The notes beneath the pieces were generated by a model. It had not been told where the DNA came from. It did not search any database and saw only the letters and a program-made list of their open reading frames with translations. A stretch of DNA of 50,390 bases, from positions 1 to 50,390 of the IMG/VR virus record IMGVR_UViG_3300032318_000833; one strand, written 5' to 3'. Origin of the DNA: a virus. Its lineage: Duplodnaviria > Caudoviricetes. This document shows, piece by piece, positions 25,739 through 35,353 of the stretch. Position numbers and translations under genes: made by a program. How positions within the stretch are numbered: position 1 is the first letter of the stretch; each line of letters begins with the position of its first letter.

Positions 25739-27052
25739 ATGGGTACGCTCTACAATCCGCGTACGGGTAAGCCTCGCGGGGAAAGCTATGAAACTTCATC
25801 CGTTGAGTTGGGTGACGCAATTAGTAGAGCAAGAAATGCGGCTAAGACTTGGGCTGAAAAAACCCCAGCGGAAAGGGCGTTGGCTCTAACGCATTTCACG
25901 CAAGCCTTGTACGTTAAGCGCGGGGTTCTTGCCGACCTTGAGTGTCTTGGCACTGGGAAGCCGAGGTCGCAGGCGCTTGCGGAAGTAGAAGGTGCTATTG
26001 ACGTTATTCGATTCTATGCGGGTGCTGCTCGCGTTGCCACTGCGCCTTCCGCTGGCAAATACATAGACGGTTACTTCTCATCTGTTGTGTTGGAGCCACT
26101 TGGCACAATCGGTGTTATCTTGCCGTGGAACTATCCAATGATGATGCTTGCTTGGCGTCTTGGCCCGATCCTTGCGGTTGGTAATACTGCCGTTGTGAAG
26201 CCTGCTTATGAGACTCCCGAAACCGCTGTTGAGGTTGCGCGCGTGGCTCGTTGCTATCTCGGAGAGGGAATCGTTGAGGTTGTTCCCGGCAGCGATTCCG
26301 TTGGTAAAAGACTTGCAGTGACTCGCGCATTAGACGGGTTGGCTTTCACAGGTTCTGTTTCCGCAGGGTATTCGGTTGCTGCGGCAGCTGGTATCAAGCC
26401 AGTATCACTTGAGTTGGGTGGTAACGGCGCGGCTGTCGTTTTGCCCGACGCCCCACTAGATACAGCGCGCATCCTTGTAGATGCATCTACATACAACGCT
26501 GGACAATCGTGCGCCTCTCCCGCAAGAGTTATTGTTGTTGGGAAGCAAGCTGACTTTGTAAATGCGTTGGCTAGAGAAGCGCAATCTCGTAACGCTACAG
26601 ATTTTGGTCCGTTGATTTCAAGTGAAGCACTCAATCGTGTTCGCTCAATGGTTGCTAATACAGAGTATTCGATTGGGGCTAGGGGCGCTGCGCCTACTGA
26701 TGGGTACTACTTCCCGGCGACGGTGTTGATTGATGCTGTTGGGGAAGCGGTGGAGAAGGAAGTGTTCGGACCAGTTCTAACGGTTGAGCGAGTCGATACC
26801 GTTGATGATGCTATTGAGAAAGCCAACTCCATGCCGCAAGCATTGGGTTGTTCAATTCACACTTCAAGCCATACGTCAGCATTGACTTTGGCTCCGAAGA
26901 TTAACGGTGGCGAGGTTTGGGTGAATTGCCACCTAGTTCAATCGCCCGAATTGCCGCACTCTGGAAGGGGATCTAGTGGGCAAGGGATTGACCTTTCAAT
27001 GGATGCGCTACGCGACTTCACGCGTCCAAAGACCATCACATCACGGCTCTAG
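25739..27052 (+). CDS. NAD(P)-dependent aldehyde dehydrogenase
   Basis: NPRTG, PWNYP, KPA.ETP, FTGS, LELGG (catalytic Glu), NAGQSC (catalytic Cys), EVFGPV. Confidence 0.92.
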   Translation: MGTLYNPRTGKPRGESYETSSVELGDAISRARNAAKTWAEKTPAERALALTHFTQALYVKRGVLADLECLGTGKPRSQALAEVEGAIDVIRFYAGAARVATAPSAGKYIDGYFSSVVLEPLGTIGVILPWNYPMMMLAWRLGPILAVGNTAVVKPAYETPETAVEVARVARCYLGEGIVEVVPGSDSVGKRLAVTRALDGLAFTGSVSAGYSVAAAAGIKPVSLELGGNGAAVVLPDAPLDTARILVDASTYNAGQSCASPARVIVVGKQADFVNALAREAQSRNATDFGPLISSEALNRVRSMVANTEYSIGARGAAPTDGYYFPATVLIDAVGEAVEKEVFGPVLTVERVDTVDDAIEKANSMPQALGCSIHTSSHTSALTLAPKINGGEVWVNCHLVQSPELPHSGRGSSGQGIDLSMDALRDFTRPKTITSRL

Positions 27053-27086
27053 GAACGCCATAGTTTTAGACAATTACAACAGCCCA

Positions 27087-27272
27087 ATGACTAACGACAT
27101 TGTGGCTAACTTGTTCTACAAAGGGGCGCAAGCCTACAAAGACAAGGCGCTAGCAGACATAGTTTGGTTTGCCGAGTCTGCGCCTAACCAAGAGGCTGTA
27201 AACCACATGTGGGAAATGATCACGCATTTGATGAAATTGACTGTTACTCATAGGGGATCTGATGAGTCCTGA
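27087..27272 (+). CDS. hypothetical protein
   Basis: ORF MTNDIVANLFYKGAQ...; start uncertain. Confidence 0.45.
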   Translation: MTNDIVANLFYKGAQAYKDKALADIVWFAESAPNQEAVNHMWEMITHLMKLTVTHRGSDES

Positions 27273-27495
27273 GCAAGCGAATGACATAAATGAGGCTTAT
27301 TGGCTAGGCCAATCAGAGGGCTACAAGAAAGGGCGAGAGGCGGCGGCTAACTCGCTTACTGATCTTGCAAATCTAGTCGGTAGCCGTTACGTTAAATCTG
27401 AATGGCGTTACATGGATGATGGGCATACACAAGACGTTTTGGATATTTGGTTGAGCGCCCCTCATGCTGTGTCAATCGCGCGCGGCGAGTGGTGA
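27262..27495 (+). CDS. hypothetical protein
   Basis: Coupled ORF. Confidence 0.5.
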   Translation: MSPEQANDINEAYWLGQSEGYKKGREAAANSLTDLANLVGSRYVKSEWRYMDDGHTQDVLDIWLSAPHAVSIARGEW

Positions 27496-27535
27496 ATCAA
27501 GTACGCTTACCAAAACTATTTAGGAGTTAGAGGTC

Positions 27536-28015
27536 ATGGCACGCAAGCGATCTTCGTTGCGGCTCACCCCAGAAGTGCATGCAAAGATAGTTGGGGCTCT
27601 ACGCGACGGTAGTTATGTCGATACGGCTGCCGCTTACGCAGGAATTAGCCGACCAACTTTGTATCGTTGGCTAGATAAAGGCGATAACGCTGCCGCAAAG
27701 TTGGATAACAACGAAGAACTAACAGAAAACGACGAACTCTACCTAGCCTTCCGTGATGATGTTGAGGAGGCCAGGGCAATTGCAATGGTCCGTAACGTTC
27801 ACTTCATTACAACGGCGGCGCAAACAACTTGGCAGGCTGCCGCTTGGTGGCTTGAGAGAAGCAACCCGCAAATGTGGGGACGACAAGTTAAAGCCGAGGT
27901 TAGCGGTCCCAACAATGGGCCTATTAACGTGCATGTTTCTAGCGACGAGTTGGAAATGCTAGTCAAGGAAATCTTGCAACAGGACGGGGAGCCGGAATCC
28001 GGCGACGATGCTTGA
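27536..28015 (+). CDS. terminase small subunit
   Basis: HTH AAAYAGISRPTLYRW, WQAAAWWLER; directly upstream of the large subunit. Confidence 0.8.
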   Translation: MARKRSSLRLTPEVHAKIVGALRDGSYVDTAAAYAGISRPTLYRWLDKGDNAAAKLDNNEELTENDELYLAFRDDVEEARAIAMVRNVHFITTAAQTTWQAAAWWLERSNPQMWGRQVKAEVSGPNNGPINVHVSSDELEMLVKEILQQDGEPESGDDA

Positions 28016-29552
28016 CGAGATACTAAGGGCAACCCCGGAGCAACGCCGTAAGTTATTTGCTGCAGCGACCCCGGAGCAAAAGTTCGCGCTCCGTAAAATC
28101 TTGTCCGATAGGGCAAGCAATCCTTGGCTTCGTTTTGAGGACGATCCAGTATCTTTCGTTACTAAAGGTATTGGTGAGGACGTTTGGTCTAAGCAGATAG
28201 AGATTCTTGAAAGCGTCCGTGACAATAAGCGAACTGCGGTTCCGGCTTGTCACGCTCCGGGTAAATCGCATATTGCTGCTCGTATTGTGGCGTGGTGGAT
28301 TACGTCGCATCCGATTGGTACAGCCCGTGTCGTTACTACCGCGTCGTCATACCGTCAGGTCAAGAACATCCTTTGGGCGCACATCCGTAGATTGCATGCC
28401 GCTCATGGCATGGTTGGGGAAGTGTTTACGGCGAATTGGCAAGTAGACGGGATTGTTGTTGCGGACGGGTTCTCCCCCGCTGATCATAATGAAACCGCGT
28501 TGCAGGGTATCCACGCTGAGCATTTATTGGTCGTGGTTGATGAGGCTGGCGGTATTAGCCAAACAATCGGAACCGCGCTTGAAGCACTAATGACTGGTGG
28601 GCATACACGCTTGCTTGTTTTGGGTAACCCTCCGACCGATAATCAAGGCTCTTGGTTTGAGCGTACATGCAATAGCGACCTCTACAACGTTATTCCAATC
28701 CCCGCTTTCGATACGCCCAACTTCACGGGCGAACATGTAGGTAAGTGGGGACACAACCTTGTAGATCATGAATGGGTTGATGAAGTTATTCGCGAGTTCG
28801 GGGAGGAATCGCCGTTTGTACAAGCCCGTGTGTTTGCTCGATTCCCGCGCAACACAACTAACGTTACGCTTCCGATTACTTGGCTAGAGAACGTTGTTAC
28901 CGACGAGTACCAATTGGAAGGGGCTATTCGCCTAGGGGTTGATGTTGCTGCGGAAGGCGGCGACGAGTTTGTTGTAGCGCGTTTCGACGGCGACCTAGGG
29001 CGAGTAATGCACGCTTCCGCGTACTCGCGTACTGCGGTGGAAGTATCTGGAATTGTGCTAGAGCATATACATGAAGCAGAGAAAGACCAACAATCGCGTG
29101 GGATAGCGGAGCCAGTCCGCGTGAAAGTGGACAGTATCGGCTTGGGGTGGGGTGTTGTAGGCCTTTTGGAGGAATGGGGTAAAGAGGGACGCCACCATTC
29201 CACAATCGTTCCTGTGAACGTCGCAGAGAGAGCGCACGATAACAACAAGTTCGTGTCCCAAAAAGCCGAGATGTGGTGGACGATGCGGCAAATGATCCAA
29301 CCTGATGAAACTGGCAGGGTTGGCATAATGCTAGACGTTGATCGCAAGACTGTAGCGCAATTGACTGGACCCACCTACAAGACTAATAGTTCGGGCAAAA
29401 TTCAAATCGAATCTAAAGTCGATATGAAACGCCGAGGATTGAATAGCCCTGATCGCGCTGAGGCGTTATTGTTAGCGTTGTTTGAGCCGCCAGAAAAGAC
29501 TATCCCTAATGTTGCTCCGTTGAGCATCACACAAACAAGCGGGTGGATATGA
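28008..29552 (+). CDS. terminase large subunit
   Basis: Walker A variant CHAPGKS, Walker B VVVDEA, LGNP, nuclease LGVDVA and SPDRAEA. Confidence 0.92.
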   Translation: MLDEILRATPEQRRKLFAAATPEQKFALRKILSDRASNPWLRFEDDPVSFVTKGIGEDVWSKQIEILESVRDNKRTAVPACHAPGKSHIAARIVAWWITSHPIGTARVVTTASSYRQVKNILWAHIRRLHAAHGMVGEVFTANWQVDGIVVADGFSPADHNETALQGIHAEHLLVVVDEAGGISQTIGTALEALMTGGHTRLLVLGNPPTDNQGSWFERTCNSDLYNVIPIPAFDTPNFTGEHVGKWGHNLVDHEWVDEVIREFGEESPFVQARVFARFPRNTTNVTLPITWLENVVTDEYQLEGAIRLGVDVAAEGGDEFVVARFDGDLGRVMHASAYSRTAVEVSGIVLEHIHEAEKDQQSRGIAEPVRVKVDSIGLGWGVVGLLEEWGKEGRHHSTIVPVNVAERAHDNNKFVSQKAEMWWTMRQMIQPDETGRVGIMLDVDRKTVAQLTGPTYKTNSSGKIQIESKVDMKRRGLNSPDRAEALLLALFEPPEKTIPNVAPLSITQTSGWI

Positions 29553-30565
29553 CAACGACTTTGCTCACGGGTGCATCTGGTTTCGTCGGATCACATGTGT
29601 TACGCCATATCTTGGCGAACACAGACCATAAGGTCGTATGCCTTGTCTCATTCCGGCATCGTGGGATAACCGATCGAATCCGTTTGGCAATCGCAGGCTT
29701 AGACCCAACGTTCGCCCGAACTAAGGTACTCGTCCACGATTTGATCGCCCCAGTTTCGCCCGTACTTGCCGAAGAAATCGGCACCGTTGATTACATACTT
29801 AATGTGGCTAGCGAATCCCACGTTGATCGCTCAATCATCGAACCCGCTTCGTTCATCGTGAATAACGTGGCTTTGATGGTGAACATGTTGGATTACGCAA
29901 AGGACTACTTGCCGGAATTGCAATCATTCGTGCATGTTTCTACCGATGAGGTGTACGGTCCTGCTCCCCTTGGGCACGCTCATCGTGAATGGGTGGATGC
30001 TTACTATCCAAGCAATCCTTACTCCGCATCTAAAGCAGCGCAAGAGTCAATTGCTTACTCGTATTGGCGCACGTATGGAACCCTGCTCACAATCACTAAC
30101 ACAATGAACATTATTGGGGAAATGCAAGACCCTGAGAAGTTCGTACCAATGGTGATAAAGCGAGTGCTTTCCGATCAGATTGTCCCAATCCATGCGTCAC
30201 CAAACGGGGAGATCGGGTCAAGGTTCTACCTACATGCAAGGAATCAAGCCGACGCATTGTTGTTCGCGCTAGACCAGCCTAATGTCAAGTATGGCGATTC
30301 GCTTGTGCCTAATAAGTGGCATGTTGTTGGAGAGCGCGAAGTGAATAATCTTGAAATGGCTGAGATGATCGCGTCGATTATCGGCAAACCGTTGCGTTAC
30401 GAGTTGATTGACTTTCATTCATCACGCCCAGGACACGATTTGCGTTACGCCCTAGATGGGGAAAAGATCGCTACCGCAGGATGGACAGCACCATTGTCGC
30501 TAGAGGAGTCGTTAGAGCGCACTATCAAATGGACGCTCGCTCACCCCGAATGGTTATCCCTTTAA
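29549..30565 (+). CDS. dTDP-glucose 4,6-dehydratase (RmlB-like)
   Basis: TGASGFVGS, ASESHVDRSI, VSTDEVYG, PSNPYSASKAA, RPGHDLRYALD. Confidence 0.9.
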   Translation: MTTTLLTGASGFVGSHVLRHILANTDHKVVCLVSFRHRGITDRIRLAIAGLDPTFARTKVLVHDLIAPVSPVLAEEIGTVDYILNVASESHVDRSIIEPASFIVNNVALMVNMLDYAKDYLPELQSFVHVSTDEVYGPAPLGHAHREWVDAYYPSNPYSASKAAQESIAYSYWRTYGTLLTITNTMNIIGEMQDPEKFVPMVIKRVLSDQIVPIHASPNGEIGSRFYLHARNQADALLFALDQPNVKYGDSLVPNKWHVVGEREVNNLEMAEMIASIIGKPLRYELIDFHSSRPGHDLRYALDGEKIATAGWTAPLSLEESLERTIKWTLAHPEWLSL

Positions 30566-31101
30566 GACAACGGATCGACTAGTTCTACCAATCGGTAATG
30601 TTGCGGATCATTCTCAGACCACCCCAGGTTCATGTGAACTGTGGAGGACTGGTTTGAGACATTTACGAACCGCATAACATAAACCGTATTGTCGCGCAGG
30701 GTGTGAATCTTCTGCTTCGTGATATCACCACCAGCCTTAGCAGTATTACCGACCAGTTCGGAAGCGATAGGTGTTCCTCCTGTGACCGCGCTAGCAGCGG
30801 ATAATGATGCCGCAGCGGTGTCGGGGAACTTCCTATTAAGGTTCCTTGGGGTGATGTAGTTGTACTGCGTCACCGTAGCGGGAGCCTCTAGTAGTGTCGC
30901 TTGGATCTCCCCCCGGTCGCTAGCGATGTAATAGAACTGAAACTCGACTTCAGCGTCGTTAGTGTCAATCGCAAAGTACACAGAAGCACCAGCCTCGACG
31001 GTGAAAAACTGATTCATCAAGTAGACGAGTCCACGCTTGGCTAGGCCATCAGGTTCAGTCGCTGCCTGTTGATATGTGCGCTTCTGCCAGTAGTTTGCCA
31101 C
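30562..31101 (-). CDS. hypothetical beta-rich protein
   Basis: 179-aa ORF; leaderless pattern TAGAAT-6 nt-GTG. Confidence 0.65.
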   Translation of the reverse strand: MANYWQKRTYQQAATEPDGLAKRGLVYLMNQFFTVEAGASVYFAIDTNDAEVEFQFYYIASDRGEIQATLLEAPATVTQYNYITPRNLNRKFPDTAAASLSAASAVTGGTPIASELVGNTAKAGGDITKQKIHTLRDNTVYVMRFVNVSNQSSTVHMNLGWSENDPQHYRLVELVDPLS

Positions 31102-31110
31102 GTTCCTATT

Positions 31111-31716
31111 CTACACGGCAATAACGCGCTTAGCGCCTGCCGCGTAATACACACTCTCTGGGGTAATGTCAGCAAAATTGCCTGTCATCACATCCAAGTA
31201 GGGCACGACTCTAGGGTTTCGTTTCTCCACGACCGCGCACGATTGGTAAATGTCTACCCGCATCACTTCCTCAATCGGAAGCCAAGAGTCATCTTCTAAC
31301 GCAAGGTCGCGAGCAAGCATCATTATCATTTCTGGAACATATCCTTCATAAATGAGAATCCCGCCAGGGCGCAAAAAGGGCCAAGCATAAGGTTGCATCG
31401 TTGTTGTCGCGTCAATCACTACATCGAACCATTGTCCCTTGAGCGCATCTCGTACTTCGATACGGTTTTGCGTATCGCATCTGATAACGCCTAGTCCAGG
31501 GAGTTCGACAGCAACAGGATCAGAGTCCAATGCGATAACGCTTGAGCCTTCTGGGAGAGCGTTGCGCCATATTTCCACCACGCCACCGTTACCGATACCG
31601 ATGAGTAGCAGAGCAATTGGGCGGGACGGTATGCTGCGGTCTAGTGCATGTATGGTTGCTTCATTCTGCACCGCAATGCAACCTGCGTGGTTTAAGAAGT
31701 GATCGCGGTAGCCCAC
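31111..31716 (-). CDS. methyltransferase-fold protein
   Basis: LLIGIGNGG, IALD, FDVVIDA resemble class I SAM-methyltransferase motifs; GTG 31716 with RBS GGGGAGG. Confidence 0.6.
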   Translation of the reverse strand: MGYRDHFLNHAGCIAVQNEATIHALDRSIPSRPIALLLIGIGNGGVVEIWRNALPEGSSVIALDSDPVAVELPGLGVIRCDTQNRIEVRDALKGQWFDVVIDATTTMQPYAWPFLRPGGILIYEGYVPEMIMMLARDLALEDDSWLPIEEVMRVDIYQSCAVVEKRNPRVVPYLDVMTGNFADITPESVYYAAGAKRVIAV

Positions 31717-32756
31717 GCCTCCCCCATCCCTTTTACATCGAATTGTTCTCGAACAATATCCCTGTTCCGCTTCGCTTCCGCAATACGCGTAGACGGGTCT
31801 AGGAGGGCCGTGGCGTGGTCGCGCCACTCGTCAGGGGTACTGGCTAGCCTCCCGACTCCTGCAGCCGCTAGAAGCCGATATTCCTTTGTAGGTGTGGCGA
31901 TGAAAGGGATACCTGCTGCCGCATACTCAAGCCCTTTCAAATAACTCTTAGCCTCGTTAAACGCCCCCGGAGCGAGCGGCACTAGCCCCACATGGAAATT
32001 GTGCATCATTTTAGGCACATCGCTCACAAGTCGCATAGGCGCGGTATCCACGCGAGTTAGTCCCGCGCGCACAGCGAAATGCTTAGGATCACCGGGGATG
32101 TGCCCCGCGTGATGCACACGGATTCCGTGGTCCTTCACGAAACCCGGCAACCAGTCGCGGAGCATTTCGATATCGCCCGAACGCCACAACGTGCCACCCA
32201 ACCACCCGAACTTAGGCAACTCAGGTTGTTTCACGGGAGTGAACCTGTCAGTCTCCACAACATTACGCACTAGACGCACATCACGGCATCGTCGCCCGTA
32301 AAAATCCGCAAGGAACGCTGTAGACACCGTAACAAAATCTGCTTGCCGTATCCCAATCTCATACCACATGCGGTTATTCGTGGGATTTGTGTGCGGGTTA
32401 GTTGCAGTGTAAGCAATGTTCTCTTGGTGCATATCAAAGTGGAAGTCGTCAATGTCAATTGCAACAGTCTCCCCCTTCGCTTGCATTACGTTAAATAGTT
32501 GGGGCACGCTGGCATGCATCATCAACTTAAAAACGCTAATGTCAAAACCGAATAATGCGCCGTCTTTGTATGCAACACCAATTCCCATTTGTTCATGGGG
32601 TTGTGGGCGACCTACTGTTACATCGAAACCAATTTCATTAAGCAATCGACCTGGCAAAACTTGCCGATAGTAGGCGCACCCATTTGGGGTAGGGGGGTTA
32701 GTTGTTTCGTTCCAATCTCCGCTAATGAAAGCAACGCTAGGCAGATTGTCCGACAT
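31692..32756 (-). CDS. glycosyltransferase (GT-B, family 4-like)
   Basis: YYRQVLP, DIDD, VTVST..LA, FNEAKSYLKGLEYAAAGIPFIAT. Confidence 0.85.
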   Translation of the reverse strand: MSDNLPSVAFISGDWNETTNPPTPNGCAYYRQVLPGRLLNEIGFDVTVGRPQPHEQMGIGVAYKDGALFGFDISVFKLMMHASVPQLFNVMQAKGETVAIDIDDFHFDMHQENIAYTATNPHTNPTNNRMWYEIGIRQADFVTVSTAFLADFYGRRCRDVRLVRNVVETDRFTPVKQPELPKFGWLGGTLWRSGDIEMLRDWLPGFVKDHGIRVHHAGHIPGDPKHFAVRAGLTRVDTAPMRLVSDVPKMMHNFHVGLVPLAPGAFNEAKSYLKGLEYAAAGIPFIATPTKEYRLLAAAGVGRLASTPDEWRDHATALLDPSTRIAEAKRNRDIVREQFDVKGMGEAWATAITS

Positions 32757-32922
32757 AGACTTCCCCTACCGCATGTTGGCAAAAGCAACTACCCTTAGTC
32801 CATCTACAACGAGCATGCGCTTTTTCGGCTGCCTTGTAATTGCCTTCAGCATTTGCATTACCAGCGGTTTTACATTCCGAGCAAATCACAAATGCCCCTC
32901 TCAAAGTACGGCAATGTCGCAC
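32737..32922 (-). CDS. small Cys/His-rich protein
   Basis: ICSEC...HARC...CFCQH; real start probably internal. Confidence 0.5.
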   Translation of the reverse strand: MRHCRTLRGAFVICSECKTAGNANAEGNYKAAEKAHARCRWTKGSCFCQHAVGEVYVGQSA

Positions 32923-34073
32923 ACGCGTTGACCACTTGTTGTTACAAAGGTGAGCATACCCGTCTCAGACACTTCACCTTGGGACGCACGCCACCAATCA
33001 CTACCACCATCTAACGCCGGAGACTGCATCCATAGGCATCCACCCCAATCAGCCATTCGGAAATGATGGTAATGACCAGACACAAGAATGTCGGCATCCC
33101 CAATGGCTTGTCTTCCCGCTGCTTGTTTTTGCCACCATGTTCGTAGCCGCGATTCCGCGCTATCCCCACGATTAGCAACGTGACCATGCGTTATGCCGAT
33201 AATCCACTCCCCGGCAGGGACAGTTGCCGTCAAATTATCTTTTGCAATTGCAAAGTTGATATGACCATAAGCATCTTGGTTTGCCGCCAAGATTTCGGAC
33301 ACTTGTTCGACAATAGCCAAATCGTCATTATCGTGCGTCCCCGTAAATGCCTTACCGCCATTGTTGCGATTCTCGCCATGGTTACCACCTACAGCCGCGA
33401 CAGTAATGCTCTCAAAATGCTTAGCCCATTCCTGCAACGAATCAACAAGCAACCGCCGAGTGATCTTCACTTGATCCCTGCGGTCGATCTCCACTGCAAA
33501 AGTCTGGGATGGGTAATGGCCCATACAACCCTCTACGCTATCGCCAGTCCAAAGCACGTTGAGATGTGCAATGTCCCTGCCAATCTTCCTCAACTCTTTA
33601 ACGCGAAGAACTACCGCATCCCTCGCGTCAATAACCCTTTGGATCGTTCCCTCAAGCCCGTCCCCGTCTGCTTTACCAATTTGCCAATCGGCAAGGACAA
33701 CGTTAAGGAACGACGAGCCTTCGTACGTTTTCGACTTCGGCTTTTGCTTGAGCGCTTTTTCGATAAGAGGTTCAATATCGACAAAAGTATGCGATCTCTT
33801 AATGACCTTTGCTTTGTATTGCCTGTTCGTGAGCCCATCTTCACCGCCCCAAGAGTTGAACAAAACAGGTTCCACGATTTGGAATTGGTGCGGGTCCAAT
33901 CCCCACATCACAAGGATGCTGTCCCAATTGGGATCTCCTTGCAAAGCATCCGTCGTTACGGTGCCTTCATTGCCCAACCATTCAACACCGGGAACCCACT
34001 TGCGCTTTTTAACTACAAGTTCGTTTGCTTCATTTATTGCCTTAGTGAACTCATCTTTAAGACTCAAAATCAC
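32901..34073 (-). CDS. calcineurin-like metallophosphoesterase
   Basis: ADWQIGK, GDSVEG, GNHGE, THGH, GHYHH. Confidence 0.85.
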   Translation of the reverse strand: MILSLKDEFTKAINEANELVVKKRKWVPGVEWLGNEGTVTTDALQGDPNWDSILVMWGLDPHQFQIVEPVLFNSWGGEDGLTNRQYKAKVIKRSHTFVDIEPLIEKALKQKPKSKTYEGSSFLNVVLADWQIGKADGDGLEGTIQRVIDARDAVVLRVKELRKIGRDIAHLNVLWTGDSVEGCMGHYPSQTFAVEIDRRDQVKITRRLLVDSLQEWAKHFESITVAAVGGNHGENRNNGGKAFTGTHDNDDLAIVEQVSEILAANQDAYGHINFAIAKDNLTATVPAGEWIIGITHGHVANRGDSAESRLRTWWQKQAAGRQAIGDADILVSGHYHHFRMADWGGCLWMQSPALDGGSDWWRASQGEVSETGMLTFVTTSGQRVCDIAVL

Positions 34074-34207
34074 TCCTGCTTGTTAGCAGCCTTACACCGG
34101 GGGCAAGTGATACGCCAAGGTGCCGTTACTTGTTCGGCTAGCAATTTGTTGCAACGCCAACAACGCGGCCTTTCCGTAGTCTTTGTTCCCTTTCCGTAAG
34201 CATCCAT
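34070..34207 (-). CDS. Mu Com-like zinc-ribbon protein (45 aa)
   Basis: Hand-translated MDAYGKGTKTTERPRCWRCNKLLAEQVTAPWRITCPRCKAANKQE; RCxxCNKLLA...CPRC is the Com-family pattern. Confidence 0.75.
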   Translation of the reverse strand: MDAYGKGTKTTERPRCWRCNKLLAEQVTAPWRITCPRCKAANKQE

Positions 34208-34605
34208 CAACGCTCCACAACGGTCATAAGAGACAACGTGAACAACGGCCTGTCGTTCTCATCAGTCCCGACCGCGTTAATGGACGAGTTTTGATTCACA
34301 CGCAAAAATCTAACACCACTAATATCTTCATCAACAATAGTTGTTAGTGTGTCGCGAACATTTGCGACAAGAGTCCTAGCGGTAGGGTAATCGTTACGGC
34401 TAGCGCGCACAATTACTTGAACACTAGGCCTCTCTAACGTTTCATTGTTGTTGCGGAAAACCTCTAGCGGCGCGCTTCCGGCATACTCATACAAGCCTAC
34501 GCACACATCAGGGCTAGTCGGCATCAACCCAATAAACAAGTTAGTGCCAACTGTGGCTACAGAGGCCGAGGTTAATCTATCCGCTAGCGCTTCAAGAAAC
34601 ATCAT
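34207..34605 (-). CDS. tail terminator / completion protein
   Basis: NLFIGLMP..PD, PSVQVIVRA; position after head-tail genes. Confidence 0.7.
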   Translation of the reverse strand: MMFLEALADRLTSASVATVGTNLFIGLMPTSPDVCVGLYEYAGSAPLEVFRNNNETLERPSVQVIVRASRNDYPTARTLVANVRDTLTTIVDEDISGVRFLRVNQNSSINAVGTDENDRPLFTLSLMTVVER

Positions 34606-35024
34606 CGACCTCGCAAGTGATACAACACGCGCTCTTTTACGTTACGCACGAACTTGTCGCGATGCGCTAATGCGGGAATCTCCAAAAACTTGTACGTTTG
34701 TCCACCCTTATGCTTCATCCCAGTGCCCCAACGCCCTCCACTATTTGGGGGAACCTCATGCACAATTAGCGCGTAAGGCGCTGCAGCGCCACCGTAAGTC
34801 ACTTCTACAAGGGTGTTGCCGCTAGTTGTCTTAGGATTTTCCACCTTGCCAGAAGCCCTTAGATTGCCAGTATCTACAGGCACAATCTTCTTAGATTCGT
34901 TAAGCACCGTATTTGCTTCGGTGTAAACGGCTTTCTCAAGGATAGGAGCCAACTTCTTCTCTCGCTGCAAAGCCGAAATCAACTTATCCATACCTTTAAG
35001 TTCAACAGAAACATTCATTGTCAC
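34602..35024 (-). CDS. HK97 gp10-like head-tail component
   Basis: VPVDTGNLRAS, PYALIVHE, KFLE. Confidence 0.8.
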   Translation of the reverse strand: MTMNVSVELKGMDKLISALQREKKLAPILEKAVYTEANTVLNESKKIVPVDTGNLRASGKVENPKTTSGNTLVEVTYGGAAAPYALIVHEVPPNSGGRWGTGMKHKGGQTYKFLEIPALAHRDKFVRNVKERVLYHLRGR

Positions 35025-35353
35025 CCGTCCCCAACATGGACGACAGTATGGTGCGCCCCATCTTCGTCATACGGCGTATCCACCGCAATAATGATCGGCT
35101 CCGTGCCGTCATCCAAACGCAATTTGTAATCCGTAGTAACAGGGAAGATGCCGTACAAGTAAAAACGACCAACCTCAACAACATCACGACCATCCGGGGA
35201 TCGTCGCAACACAGTCTCACTCACATAATGGGCGCATGCCGACACGCTCGCAGACGCGGTGAATGATCGCTTCCCATACTTATCAATAGATGCCAAAGAA
35301 AAAAGAGTTACTGTTTGGGAGAATAGTTCGCGATAATTGCTTTCAATGCTCAT
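35021..35353 (-). CDS. head-closure / head-tail adaptor
   Basis: Size and position; DKYGKRSF motif. Confidence 0.65.
   Translation of the reverse strand: MSIESNYRELFSQTVTLFSLASIDKYGKRSFTASASVSACAHYVSETVLRRSPDGRDVVEVGRFYLYGIFPVTTDYKLRLDDGTEPIIIAVDTPYDEDGAHHTVVHVGDG

Noticed and set aside
27259-27290. CTGATGAGTC...GAC resembling a hammerhead core
   Set aside because: GAC is followed by ATAA rather than GAAA, there is no stem III/GUH, and it overlaps two coupled ORFs.
33180-34199. 339-aa plus-strand ORF
   Set aside because: Antisense shadow of the metallophosphoesterase with no recognisable motifs; the same applies to many antisense ORFs over the tape measure and capsid genes.
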